Of a stretch of 64,000 bases of DNA, positions 45,816 to 57,787 are shown piece by piece. Position numbers and translations under genes: made by a program. This DNA is from Alphaproteobacteria bacterium (GTDB taxonomy: Bacteria; Pseudomonadota; Alphaproteobacteria; JAJFIK01). Position 1 is the first letter of the stretch; each line of letters begins with the position of its first letter. Where the stretch lies: the NCBI GenBank assembly GCA_021774965.1, contig JAJFIL010000306.1:10741-74740 (forward strand), given 5' to 3'. Below the pieces are notes generated by a model. It worked only from the letters and a program-made list of their open reading frames with translations. It made no database searches and was not told where the DNA came from.

Positions 45816-46997
45816 CTATTGCTGAGATGGTAATTGTTGTTCGGCCAGGTTCACCCAATACCGAACGCCCGTGGCCAAAATCTCGTCATTAAAATCATAA
45901 AGGGGATTGTGGACCATGCAGACGCCATCGCCCTTGCCATTGCCAATAAAGATATAAGCGCCGGGTTTTTCCTGCAGCATGAAGGCAAAATCTTCCGAGC
46001 CCATCACCGGCATCACGTCAGTATCCACATTCTCTGCACCGACGACGGAACTGGCAGCAGCTGCGGTCGCCTCGACTGCATCGTCTGTGTTGATGGTGGC
46101 AGGATAGCCGTGCTCATACTCAAATGAGCAGCTTGCACCGTGGGCGGAACAAATCCCGTCTGCGACTTCCTTCATACGTCGCGCCACCATGGCCTGGGTC
46201 TTGGGCTTGAAAGTGCGGACACCACCGGCCAGCGTGACCTCTTCAGGGATCACATTATAAGCGTGCCCCCCGTTGATCATGGTGGTGGAAATCACAGCGT
46301 TCTCCAGCGGTGGCACATTCCGTGAGACGATGGTCTGCAAGGCCATCACAATCTCTGCGGCAACAACGACGGGATCAACGCCCATATGCGGCATGGCTCC
46401 GTGAGCGCCCACGCCCGTGACCTTTATGTTGAACCGGTCATAGGCCGCCATGATCGGGCCTTTGCGCATGGCGAATGTGCCTGCTGGGATGCCCGGCATA
46501 TTGTGCATGCCGAAGACCAACTCGACAGGAAAAAGATCAAACAAGCCGTCCTTGACCATGACCTCGCCCCCGCCGAAATTTTCCTCCGCAGGCTGAAAGA
46601 TAAAGTGCACGGTGCCATCAAAATTGGGATTTTTCGCCAACTCCTGAGCCGCGCCTAAAAGCATGATGGTGTGCCCGTCATGGCCGCAGGCGTGCATCTT
46701 GCCGTCGATCTTGGATTTATGATCGAACTCATTGGCTTCTTGCATGGGCAAGGCATCGAGGTCCGCTCGCAATCCAATGGCGCGGGAGCTCTTGCCTGCT
46801 TTCAGCGTGCCCACCACGCCGGTCTTGGCGAGGCCGCGATGAACCTTGAGGCCGAACTCTTCAAGTTTCTTGGCGACAAACTCTGCGGTGCGGGTTTCTT
46901 CAAACGCCAGTTCGGGATGCTGGTGGATGTCCCGTCGCCAGGCGGTCAGCTCTTCAACGATTTTTGGGTCTAGATGATCAATGGAATTCTTAAGCAT
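45816..46997 (-). CDS. M20D-family amidohydrolase (N-acyl-amino-acid / hippurate hydrolase-like)
   Basis: 393 aa. Metal-binding region MHACGHDGH and FQPAEE. Confidence 0.88.
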   Translation of the reverse strand: MLKNSIDHLDPKIVEELTAWRRDIHQHPELAFEETRTAEFVAKKLEEFGLKVHRGLAKTGVVGTLKAGKSSRAIGLRADLDALPMQEANEFDHKSKIDGKMHACGHDGHTIMLLGAAQELAKNPNFDGTVHFIFQPAEENFGGGEVMVKDGLFDLFPVELVFGMHNMPGIPAGTFAMRKGPIMAAYDRFNIKVTGVGAHGAMPHMGVDPVVVAAEIVMALQTIVSRNVPPLENAVISTTMINGGHAYNVIPEEVTLAGGVRTFKPKTQAMVARRMKEVADGICSAHGASCSFEYEHGYPATINTDDAVEATAAAASSVVGAENVDTDVMPVMGSEDFAFMLQEKPGAYIFIGNGKGDGVCMVHNPLYDFNDEILATGVRYWVNLAEQQLPSQQ

Positions 46998-47083
46998 GGA
47001 TAAGTTCCCTCAAACGTTTCGATACGGGTCTTCGATATGGGTTTGGGGAACCATAGCCCTTGCAAGGCTTAGATATCCAGTCT

Positions 47084-48250
47084 TTAGCGTTTGAGCCCCA
47101 TAAGATCTCTTGCGACGACCCAACGGTGCACTTCGCTGGGGCCTTCATAGATACGCATGGCGCGCAGGTTCCCTGCAAACAAATGGAACGGCATTTCCTT
47201 TGTCTGGCCCATGGCGCCAAATACTTGTGCTGCCTTGTCCACAAAGTCCCAGGCCATTTCTGTGGCATAGACCTTGGCCATGGATACTTCCGTGCGCACG
47301 CTTTTACCCGCGTCGATCTTTTTCGCAATATCGTGCGCCATCAGGCGGCAGGCATAAATCTGCGTAGCGGCATCTGCCACCCACCACTGGATGGTCTGCC
47401 GTTCGGACAAGGGGGCCCCAAAAGTCTCCCGTTGAGGGGCATATTCAATCACCATGTCCATACAGCGTTGCGCAATACCGACGCAGCGGCTCACCATCTG
47501 TAAGCGTCGGGTGGAAAGTCTCAGCTGCATGGGAGCAAACCCATTACCTTCCGTGCCCAGAAGGTTGTCCGCCGGGATGCGGCAATCTTCAAAGGCAATC
47601 TCATAGGTATATAGCCCCCCGACCATGGGGATTTTACGCAAGATGTTGAACCCCTTTGTGCCTTTGTCCACCAGGAAGGCAGAGATGCCGCCGCGTGCGC
47701 CTTTATCCTTGTCCGTGACCGCCATGACGATGGTGAAGTCCGATTCTTCGGCCTTCGAGGTCCAGATTTTGCGCCCGTTGATGACCCACTCGTCGCCCTC
47801 AAGGACCGCTCTTGTGCTCATGGCAGCAGGGTCCGCGCCCGCGCCGGGTTCTGAGATGGCAATGGCGGAGTGCGTTACGCCCGCCGCATAAGGGGCAAGG
47901 TATGTGGCCTTTTGTTTGTCGTTGCAGGTGGCCACCAACATGCGCAAGTTGGGGCTCTCTGGCGGCAACACATAAGGCACCACGGTCTTGCCCATTTCCT
48001 CGTTCACGCCCATCAAGGCCACCATGGGCAGATCCACGCCGCCAAATTCTTCCGGCGCATCAAGGCCCCACAGGCCAAGGGCTTTGGATTTTGCATCGAT
48101 GCGTTCTAACTCGTCAGCTGCGATGATCATGCCTTGGCCGTTTGCATCGCGCTCCAGCACGGCACTCTCAAGGGGGATCAACTCGTCGGTCACAAACCGG
48201 GCGACAAGATCCTTGATCATTTGATGTTCTTCGCTGAGTTCGACTTCCAT
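47084..48250 (-). CDS. Acyl-CoA dehydrogenase
   Basis: 388 aa with the three-domain ACAD pattern. The C-terminal IYEGPSEV resembles the conserved IYEGT(S/N)E region. Confidence 0.9.
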   Translation of the reverse strand: MEVELSEEHQMIKDLVARFVTDELIPLESAVLERDANGQGMIIAADELERIDAKSKALGLWGLDAPEEFGGVDLPMVALMGVNEEMGKTVVPYVLPPESPNLRMLVATCNDKQKATYLAPYAAGVTHSAIAISEPGAGADPAAMSTRAVLEGDEWVINGRKIWTSKAEESDFTIVMAVTDKDKGARGGISAFLVDKGTKGFNILRKIPMVGGLYTYEIAFEDCRIPADNLLGTEGNGFAPMQLRLSTRRLQMVSRCVGIAQRCMDMVIEYAPQRETFGAPLSERQTIQWWVADAATQIYACRLMAHDIAKKIDAGKSVRTEVSMAKVYATEMAWDFVDKAAQVFGAMGQTKEMPFHLFAGNLRAMRIYEGPSEVHRWVVARDLMGLKR

Positions 48251-48472
48251 GAGGCAGGTCCCTTGTTTGGCTCAACGGAGAATAACTCATATGAGGAGCC
48301 TTGAGATGAGCTGAGTCAAAAACATCTTTCACTCGTATGGCTTACGCGGGGGAACCTCCAGTTTTGCTCCCCGGCTTGTGCTTTCAGGTCTTGGTCTCCG
48401 GCGCGTCCGGCTGTTATAGTCCCTCATTCCAGATAGTGGCCAGATAGTGGCCAGACGCAGGAGATACTTCCC

Positions 48473-49444
48473 ATGAAAACCGCAATTACCGAAATGTTTG
48501 AAATTGAGCACCCCGTCATTCAAGGCGGCATGCACTATGTCGGCTTTGCGGAAATGGCCGCGGCGGTTTCCAACGCGGGCGGGCTTGGTATTATTACGGC
48601 GTTGACCCAACCGACCCCTGCTGATCTGGCAAAAGAGATCGCGCGCTGTCATGAGATGACGGACAAGCCTTTCGGCGTGAACCTCACGTTCCTGCCCGGC
48701 TTTGCGAACCCACCTTATGACGAATATATCGAGGCCATCGTGAAAGGTGGCGTGAAGGCTGTGGAAACCGCAGGCCGTAGTCCCGAAGCCTATTTGCCGC
48801 CCATGAAAGAGGCAGGTATCAAGGTCATTCATAAATGTACTTCCGTGCGACATTCCTTGAAGGCCGAACGCATTGGCTGTGATGCTGTCAGTGTCGATGG
48901 TTTTGAATGCGGCGGCCACCCAGGCGAAGACGATATTCCAAACATGATCCTGCTGCCCCGCGCCGCAGAAGAATTGAAAATTCCCTTCGTTGCTTCAGGC
49001 GGCATTGGCAATGCAGATCAGCTTGCAGCAGCCCTGGCGCTGGGCGCCGATGGTGTGAACATGGGCACGCGCTTTATCGCGACGGTCGAAGCGCCCGTGC
49101 ACCAGAATGTCAAAGACGCCATCGTGGCCGCGGACGAGCGCGACACGCGCCTCATCATGCGGGGCTTACGCAATACGGAGCGCGTGCTCAACAATGCGGC
49201 GGTGGAAAAGATCGTCGCCATTGAAGAGGAGAAAGGCGCAGACCTTCAGATCACTGACATTATGGATCTTGTGGGCGGGGTCTATCCAAAGGTCATGCAG
49301 GAGGGCGACATGGACATTGGCGCCTGGAGCACCGGCATGGTGGTGGGTCTGATCCACGACATTCCAACCTGTAAGGAATTGGTGGAGCGCATGGTCAACG
49401 GTGCCGAGGAAACTATCCGCGGACGTTTGGCCAGCTTTCTTTAG
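48473..49444 (+). CDS. Nitronate monooxygenase / NAD(P)H-dependent flavin oxidoreductase (NMO family)
   Basis: 323 aa. Begins MFEIEHPVIQGGM and contains ASGGIGNADQ. Confidence 0.85.
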   Translation: MKTAITEMFEIEHPVIQGGMHYVGFAEMAAAVSNAGGLGIITALTQPTPADLAKEIARCHEMTDKPFGVNLTFLPGFANPPYDEYIEAIVKGGVKAVETAGRSPEAYLPPMKEAGIKVIHKCTSVRHSLKAERIGCDAVSVDGFECGGHPGEDDIPNMILLPRAAEELKIPFVASGGIGNADQLAAALALGADGVNMGTRFIATVEAPVHQNVKDAIVAADERDTRLIMRGLRNTERVLNNAAVEKIVAIEEEKGADLQITDIMDLVGGVYPKVMQEGDMDIGAWSTGMVVGLIHDIPTCKELVERMVNGAEETIRGRLASFL

Positions 49445-49455
49445 AGGCTGAAACT

Positions 49456-50130
49456 TTACAGCACGTAGAAATAAACCGCGACGAAGTGACAGGCGCTGCC
49501 AGCCATTACAAAGACGTGCCAGACCGCATGCATGTAGCGCACGGATCGGATGGCATAGAAGATCGTGCCCACTGTAAAGCAAAGCCCGCCCGCTACGATC
49601 CAGGCTAGGCCGCCTGGCATCTGCTCATAAAGCGGCTTGAGCATGAAAATGCCTGACCAGCCCATGGCAAGATAGACGCTCAGCGATAAAAGCCAATGTT
49701 CCTTGCCCGCTTTGCGCAGATAGGCAAAGAGCTTCATTGCTGTTCCGATGATGGCTGCAACCCATACCCCGATGAGGATCCAGATCGCCAAGGTGGTTTG
49801 TAAGGTAATGACCACCAGCGGCGTATAGGTGCCGGCGATCTTGAAATAGATGGCGGAATGGTCGAGCAGTTTAAAGAATGGCTGTTGTGGTCTGAGGTGA
49901 AAACCATGATAGAGCGTTGACGCAACATAGAGCAGTACAACGCATGCCGCGTAGATAGAGACCGAAAGAACCGCCGTCGTGTTGTTGAGCCCCGCAACTT
50001 TCAACACCAAAAACACAAGTGCGATAGAAGCCAGAACAGCGCCGATCCCGTGAGTTAGCGCATGCACAAACTCTTCTGCTGCTGTGTGAGGCTCCTTGTC
50101 CTCACCGAACTTGATATTTGTGCCCCGCAT
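49456..50130 (-). CDS. Hemolysin III / PAQR-family membrane protein
   Basis: Seven hydrophobic helices. Motifs EFVHALTHGIG, LDHSAIYFKIAGTYTP and HAVWHVFV. The start could also be 50214. Confidence 0.8.
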   Translation of the reverse strand: MRGTNIKFGEDKEPHTAAEEFVHALTHGIGAVLASIALVFLVLKVAGLNNTTAVLSVSIYAACVVLLYVASTLYHGFHLRPQQPFFKLLDHSAIYFKIAGTYTPLVVITLQTTLAIWILIGVWVAAIIGTAMKLFAYLRKAGKEHWLLSLSVYLAMGWSGIFMLKPLYEQMPGGLAWIVAGGLCFTVGTIFYAIRSVRYMHAVWHVFVMAGSACHFVAVYFYVL

Positions 50131-50270
50131 GTCTGCCCCCGCAGGGGCACTATAGCAGGTCGGTGGGGGTTTGTAGGCGATAGCGTGAAAACTCCTTAAT
50201 GCGTGCTCGTTCATAGCACAGGATTCACTACTGTCCGATTTAGATTCTGATGCTCCCTGAGATGTTCCAA

Positions 50271-50422
50271 GTGCCTACGGCATCCCCCCCATCCTGTCCT
50301 TCCCCCTCGCTGGGGGGAAGGGACGATAACCGCACGGTCAAGGTATAAAACACCTCCCCCTTGAGTAGGCGGGAGGTCCGAGCGAAGCGAGGGGTGGGGG
50401 TGGCAGGCCATCGTTGGGCACA
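50271..50422 (+). repeat. MITE-like intergenic repeat, copy B
   Basis: Same element and orientation as 42284-42436. It lies in the divergent region between the hemolysin III and kefB-like genes. Confidence 0.8.
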
Positions 50423-50578
50423 AATAAAAGCAAAGCTCTCAAGACTTGCAATCAACACTGATCCCGGCAAACCACAGCAGTTGCACAGGATTGCAATGCC
50501 GATTGCAAGTGCGACAGATTGGTGAGAGTCTGAGGCGCTGGCTCATGAATCGGGCCTGTTAGGCCCCGGAGAGTTCGA

Positions 50579-52330
50579 TTGAACGATTCTGATATCCTGT
50601 ACGATGTTCTCATATTTCTTGTGGCAGCCGTTCTGGTGGTTCCCGCCTTTCAACGCCTGCGCACCAGCCCTGTTCTGGGGTACCTTGCTGCGGGAATTAT
50701 TGTGGGGCCCTTTGGGCTGGCCTTGATCCGGGAAACCCACAGCGCCCAGACGCTTGCGGAATTTGGCGTCGTCTTTCTTCTTTTCATGATCGGGCTTGAG
50801 TTTTCGGTCGAGCGATTGCGATCTCTGGGCCGCTATGTTTTCCGCCTTGGGGCGCTTCAGGTCATCGTGACCGGGTGCCTTATTGGCGGCATTGCCTTGG
50901 CCCTTGGGATGAGCACGGAAGCTGCCATTATTATTGGTGGTGGCCTTGCGCTGTCCTCGACGGCGTTTGTCTTGCAACTCCTCATAGAACGAGAGGAGCG
51001 CACGGTTCGCTTTGGCAAGGTCTCGTTTTCCATTTTGCTTTTTCAAGACCTGGCCATTGTTCCCCTGCTGATGCTGGTCACCTTGCTGGGGGAGGGCGAG
51101 GGAAATTTCCTTTTGGCCATGGCCTTTGCCGTTTTGAAGGCCTCCCTTGCATTGGTTCTGGTCATCGCAGTGGGCCGTATCGTGCTGCGACCCATCTACC
51201 GCATGGTGACGGAGACACGCAGCTCTGAGCTTTTTGTGGCCACCACGTTGCTGGTGGTACTGGGCACCGGCTGGCTGGTATCCCTGGTGGATATATCCAT
51301 GGTACTGGGCGCCTTTTTGGCTGGGCTCTTGTTGTCAGAGACGGAGTACCGCTATCAGGTTGAAGCGGACATCAAACCGTTTCGCGGGATCCTTCTTGGT
51401 CTGTTCTTCATGACCGTTGGCATGTCCATCAATATCGGATTGATCTGGAGCCAACCGGTTCAAATCTTTCTGATTGTCTTTGGTCTTCTGATTGGCAAAA
51501 GCGTCGTTACGGCCGCTCTCTGTCGGTTGTTTGGATTGAACTTGCGAGATTCTGTGCGGGTCGGGCTTTTACTTTCCCAAGGTGGAGAGTTCGGGTTCAT
51601 TCTTTTCCTGAGCGCGAATGCTATGGGTCTTCTGCCCAGTGATACGATGCAGATCCTTCTTGCCAGTGTGACCCTGACCATGGCGGCAACGCCCGCTATG
51701 GCTGCTGCCGGAAGCCGGTTCGTTACCTATTGGGAGGGGCGAACAAAGCAGCCGGTCAAAGGTGCAGAGCATATTGGCGAGGACCTGGAAGATCATGTGC
51801 TGATCGCCGGGTTTGGCCGTGTGGGGCAGACGGTGGCGAAGATGCTCACCGCGGGAGATATTCCCTTTGTGGCTCTTGATCTGGATGCCCGCCATATTGC
51901 TGCCTGCCGTGCGGAAGGCCTGCCTGTCTTTTTCGGGGATGCAAGCCAGCTCCAGGTTCTTAAATCCACGGGCGCAAAACAGGCGCGAGGCGCTGTGGTG
52001 ACAATCGACCATCCGGCAGCTGCCGATGGTGTTGTTGCCGCATTGCATGAGTTTTTCCCACACCTGCCGGTGTTTGCCCGTGCAAAGGATTTGCCCCATG
52101 GCCGCGAGTTGGAGGAGGCGGGGGCTGCGCAAGCGGTTCCTGAAACCCTTGAAGCCAGTATTCAGCTCGGCGCCATTGCCATGTCCTCCATGGGGGCAAG
52201 CACCAATGAGGTCATGGAGATCATCGCCGACCTCCGCGAAGATGACTATGCGAGGTTGGGCAGCGGCGAGGTAGGTCAAGACAAAGGCGGCAAAGGCGAC
52301 CAGGGCGAAGCTGGAGAAGTGCAAGGTTGA
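50579..52330 (+). CDS. CPA2 monovalent cation:proton antiporter with a C-terminal RCK/TrkA-N domain (KefB/KefC-like)
   Basis: 583 aa. Polytopic N-terminal domain and Rossmann motif IAGFGRVGQ. Probable TTG start. Confidence 0.88.
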   Translation: MNDSDILYDVLIFLVAAVLVVPAFQRLRTSPVLGYLAAGIIVGPFGLALIRETHSAQTLAEFGVVFLLFMIGLEFSVERLRSLGRYVFRLGALQVIVTGCLIGGIALALGMSTEAAIIIGGGLALSSTAFVLQLLIEREERTVRFGKVSFSILLFQDLAIVPLLMLVTLLGEGEGNFLLAMAFAVLKASLALVLVIAVGRIVLRPIYRMVTETRSSELFVATTLLVVLGTGWLVSLVDISMVLGAFLAGLLLSETEYRYQVEADIKPFRGILLGLFFMTVGMSINIGLIWSQPVQIFLIVFGLLIGKSVVTAALCRLFGLNLRDSVRVGLLLSQGGEFGFILFLSANAMGLLPSDTMQILLASVTLTMAATPAMAAAGSRFVTYWEGRTKQPVKGAEHIGEDLEDHVLIAGFGRVGQTVAKMLTAGDIPFVALDLDARHIAACRAEGLPVFFGDASQLQVLKSTGAKQARGAVVTIDHPAAADGVVAALHEFFPHLPVFARAKDLPHGRELEEAGAAQAVPETLEASIQLGAIAMSSMGASTNEVMEIIADLREDDYARLGSGEVGQDKGGKGDQGEAGEVQG

Positions 52331-52436
52331 AATCTTAGCGCTGCATTCCCTTGCGTCAGGAAGTTCCGCCCCGGGATGATATGCCGATAAAGCAGATTCT
52401 TCTGATTGCCTGGCCCCCGGATAGATGAGAGCCTAG

Positions 52437-54895
<2,459 letters not shown>

Positions 54896-54900
54896 GGTCC

Positions 54901-55395
54901 TCATCCTTGAGCCAGTGAAATGCCTGCGATGAGAAAGCAAACCGCGGATCCGGCAGACGCAATCGCGCGAACATAATTCCAGAAGGTCCAGCGAGGTACA
55001 TAGATGTTTTTCCAGTATGCCGCGGTTTGGTCCCCTGAATACTCCATACGATCAAGACGTTTGTTCATTGGTACATTGAAGATGATTGTGACCATGAACA
55101 CGCCGAGGAAATAGAGAATGCCGCCAGCAACTGTCCATTCGGATACAGAGCCGGCATTGCTGAGATAGGCATAGCTCGCCAAAAAGGGAGAGAATGCAGC
55201 CATACCCAGGAACAAGAACATGAACACCGTCCTGAAAACTTCGCGATTGATGATTTGCATGGACTCAATTCCACCCGCAGGTTTTGCCGCCGCGAGCGAC
55301 TTCATCACAAAGTCCGAGAATGTTAGAAAGACGCCAGCAACCAACGCGCTTGCAATAACTGATACTTCCAGTGTGACCAAGAACCAGGTCGACAT
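54901..55395 (-). CDS. DUF1772 (anthrone-oxygenase-like) membrane protein
   Basis: 164 aa with four hydrophobic helices. The pattern FLTFSDFVM ... NVPMNKRL resembles DUF1772. Confidence 0.55.
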   Translation of the reverse strand: MSTWFLVTLEVSVIASALVAGVFLTFSDFVMKSLAAAKPAGGIESMQIINREVFRTVFMFLFLGMAAFSPFLASYAYLSNAGSVSEWTVAGGILYFLGVFMVTIIFNVPMNKRLDRMEYSGDQTAAYWKNIYVPRWTFWNYVRAIASAGSAVCFLIAGISLAQG

Positions 55396-55439
55396 AAGAT
55401 TACCCTCCGTGTAATGAGTTAAGTATCTAGATGTAAATA

Positions 55440-56075
55440 TTAGTAAGACAGGGCCGGTGCCTGATGCAGATAGGTGTCATCATCAAGCTGCCACAGCATG
55501 AAGTCCGCAACATCGGCATGGGAGATCTTGAGTTTGAGGGATTTGTCGGCAGACTCAAATCCGTGACGGTAGTGCCCTGTGTGCTTGCCTTTTGAAAAAT
55601 TGCCGGGACGCACAATTACCCAATCAAGATCGCTGTTCTGAATGTGGGTTTCCTGATCCTCATGGTCCGCATAGACGTGGTGGAGCATGAGAGGAAAGAT
55701 AATATACTTGTAGTGAAACGGCAGGATGGCCCGGCTGTCACCGGCGCCAAGCCCCGACAGGCAGATGATCCGCTTAACGCCGACCTCTTCCATGGCATCG
55801 ATGATGATTTTCGTGCCCTTCGCCCGGAGCCCATCCTTGTTCATGAGCGGCATGCCCAGGGTGCACACCACGGCTTCGTGGCCTTCGATGGCTTGGCGCA
55901 CGGAACCCGAGTCCAGCACATCACCCTGAACCACGCTCAGGTTCTTGTGGCGAGCCTGGAGTTTCCTGGGATCGCGCACATAGGCCGTCACTTCATGGCC
56001 CAAATCCAGTGCCTGCCCCAACACGTGAGACCCAATTTTACCTGTCGATCCAAATATAATGACCTTCATTTTCAA
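55440..56075 (-). CDS. NAD(P)H-binding atypical SDR (NmrA / BVR-B-like)
   Basis: Begins MKVIIFGSTGKIGS (Rossmann fold). About 211 aa. Confidence 0.8.
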   Translation of the reverse strand: MKMKVIIFGSTGKIGSHVLGQALDLGHEVTAYVRDPRKLQARHKNLSVVQGDVLDSGSVRQAIEGHEAVVCTLGMPLMNKDGLRAKGTKIIIDAMEEVGVKRIICLSGLGAGDSRAILPFHYKYIIFPLMLHHVYADHEDQETHIQNSDLDWVIVRPGNFSKGKHTGHYRHGFESADKSLKLKISHADVADFMLWQLDDDTYLHQAPALSY

Positions 56076-56110
56076 TACCTTATCGTTTTATCTGTCTTGT
56101 TTTCTATCAC

Positions 56111-56166
56111 TTGACACGATGTCAATTGACATTGTGACAAGTATGTGCTCCTTGACACTATGTCAA
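56111..56166. promoter_or_regulatory. Tandem TetR-type operator palindromes
   Basis: TTGACACGATGTCAA (56111-56125) and TTGACACTATGTCAA (56152-56166) are 15-bp dyads with perfect 6-bp arms. A degenerate copy, TTGACATTGTGACAA, lies between them. All lie between the divergent SDR and tetR genes. Confidence 0.55.
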
Positions 56167-56753
56167 GCGATAATTTTGAAACCCGAACACGAATTCTGAA
56201 ATCCTCCCTGGAACTGCTGGAAGCAAGCCAGGGCAAGGGCGTGCGTATGACCGATATCGCCAAGGGGGCAGGGATCTCCCGCCAGGCGCTTTATCTTCAT
56301 TTTGCTACGCGCGCCGAGCTTCTGATCGCAACGACCTATTATCTGGATGAGCTCAATGACAGCGACGCGCACTTGGCAGCCAGCCGAGCGGCGCAATCTG
56401 GCATCGAGCGGCTCGATGCATATATCGAGGCGTGGGGGAGGTACATTCCTGCGATTTATAGTTCCGCACGGGCGCTGATCGCCATGAGCGACACAGACGA
56501 AGCAGCCGCCGAAGCCTGGAGCAAACGAATGCAGGACATGCGGGAGGGCTGCGAAGCAGCAATCCGTGCGCTGAGTGATGATAAGATGCTAACCGCTGAC
56601 CATTCCCTCGATCAGGCGACAGACATCCTGTGGATGATGCTGACCGTACGCAATTGGGAGCAATTGACCCATGAGTGCGGCTGGTCGCAGGAGCAGTACA
56701 TTGACGCACTCAAATCAATGGCGCGACGGCTTTTTGTGATCGATCAGACTTAG
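56145..56753 (+). CDS. TetR/AcrR-family transcriptional regulator
   Basis: HTH MTDIAKGAGISRQALYLHF. The start may instead be ATG 56160, inside the second palindrome. Confidence 0.85.
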   Translation: MLLDTMSSDNFETRTRILKSSLELLEASQGKGVRMTDIAKGAGISRQALYLHFATRAELLIATTYYLDELNDSDAHLAASRAAQSGIERLDAYIEAWGRYIPAIYSSARALIAMSDTDEAAAEAWSKRMQDMREGCEAAIRALSDDKMLTADHSLDQATDILWMMLTVRNWEQLTHECGWSQEQYIDALKSMARRLFVIDQT

Positions 56754-57613
56754 GTTTTTCTGCTACGCCGGATCAAACCTTCTTGCGCGACCGACGCAAT
56801 GAGCCGTCCATCCTGCGTGTAGATCGTGCCGCGGTTCAGCCCACGCGCACCGGACGAGCTTGGGCTGTCTTGCGAATAGAGCAGCCATTCATTGGCCTTA
56901 AAAGGCGCATGGAACCACATGGCATGATCCAGGCTGGCCATCTGCACTTTGCCCGATAGCCAGTTGACCCCATGCGGGCGCGTGCAAGTGTCCAGCAGCG
57001 TCATGTCCGAGGCATAGCTCAAGACGCATTGGTTCAGCGCCATATCATCGCCGATATCCTTGCGCGCCCGGAACCAGACGTTCTGGGTCGGCGGTTTTTT
57101 ATCAGGATTCAGATAGTCCGCTTGATCAATGGGCTTGATCTCGATAGGGCGCGGGCGATTGAAATGCTTGGCCACTTCAGGGTGGAGCTTGTGGAGGATC
57201 TTCTCCCGCAGCTCTCGCTCGCTTGGCACGTCTTCGGGGGCGGGCACGTCCGGCATATCGAACTGATGCTCATAGCCTTCTTCTTCCACTTGAAAGGAAG
57301 CGGCCAGATTGAAAATCTGTTTGCCGTGCTGGATCGCCACCACCCGCCGTGTGGTAAAGCTGCGCCCATCTCTTGCCCGGTCCACCTCATAGATGATGGG
57401 TACTTTGGGGTCGCCTGGGCGAATGAAATAAGCATGCAGGGAATGGCAGAAGCGATCTTCCACCGTGCGATAGGCCGCCACCAGCGCCTGACCGATCACC
57501 TGGCCACCGAACACTCGTTGCCAGGTCACATCGGGGCTATGGCCGCGATAGAGGTTCAGCTCAAGTTGCTCAAGATCAAGGATCTGGAGAAGGTCTTCAA
57601 CAGCATCAGTCAT
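56750..57613 (-). CDS. tesB: Acyl-CoA thioesterase II
   Basis: Double hot-dog length. Begins LLQILDLEQLELNLYRG and contains VFGGQVIGQAL. Confidence 0.88.
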   Translation of the reverse strand: MTDAVEDLLQILDLEQLELNLYRGHSPDVTWQRVFGGQVIGQALVAAYRTVEDRFCHSLHAYFIRPGDPKVPIIYEVDRARDGRSFTTRRVVAIQHGKQIFNLAASFQVEEEGYEHQFDMPDVPAPEDVPSERELREKILHKLHPEVAKHFNRPRPIEIKPIDQADYLNPDKKPPTQNVWFRARKDIGDDMALNQCVLSYASDMTLLDTCTRPHGVNWLSGKVQMASLDHAMWFHAPFKANEWLLYSQDSPSSSGARGLNRGTIYTQDGRLIASVAQEGLIRRSRKT

Positions 57614-57787
57614 GGGGCCACAGGTCTTTGGCAAGGCAGTATTGAGCACCGCCTGCACAGGGGAAAATCTGCCCGATACCTAGCCTGAAATCAGCAATAT
57701 TCAAAGCGTCATGAGGACTTTGACCTGAATCAACAGGGCCTGAGCCCTATCAGATAGCCTGATTTCAAAGCGGCTCATTAAGGCGCA

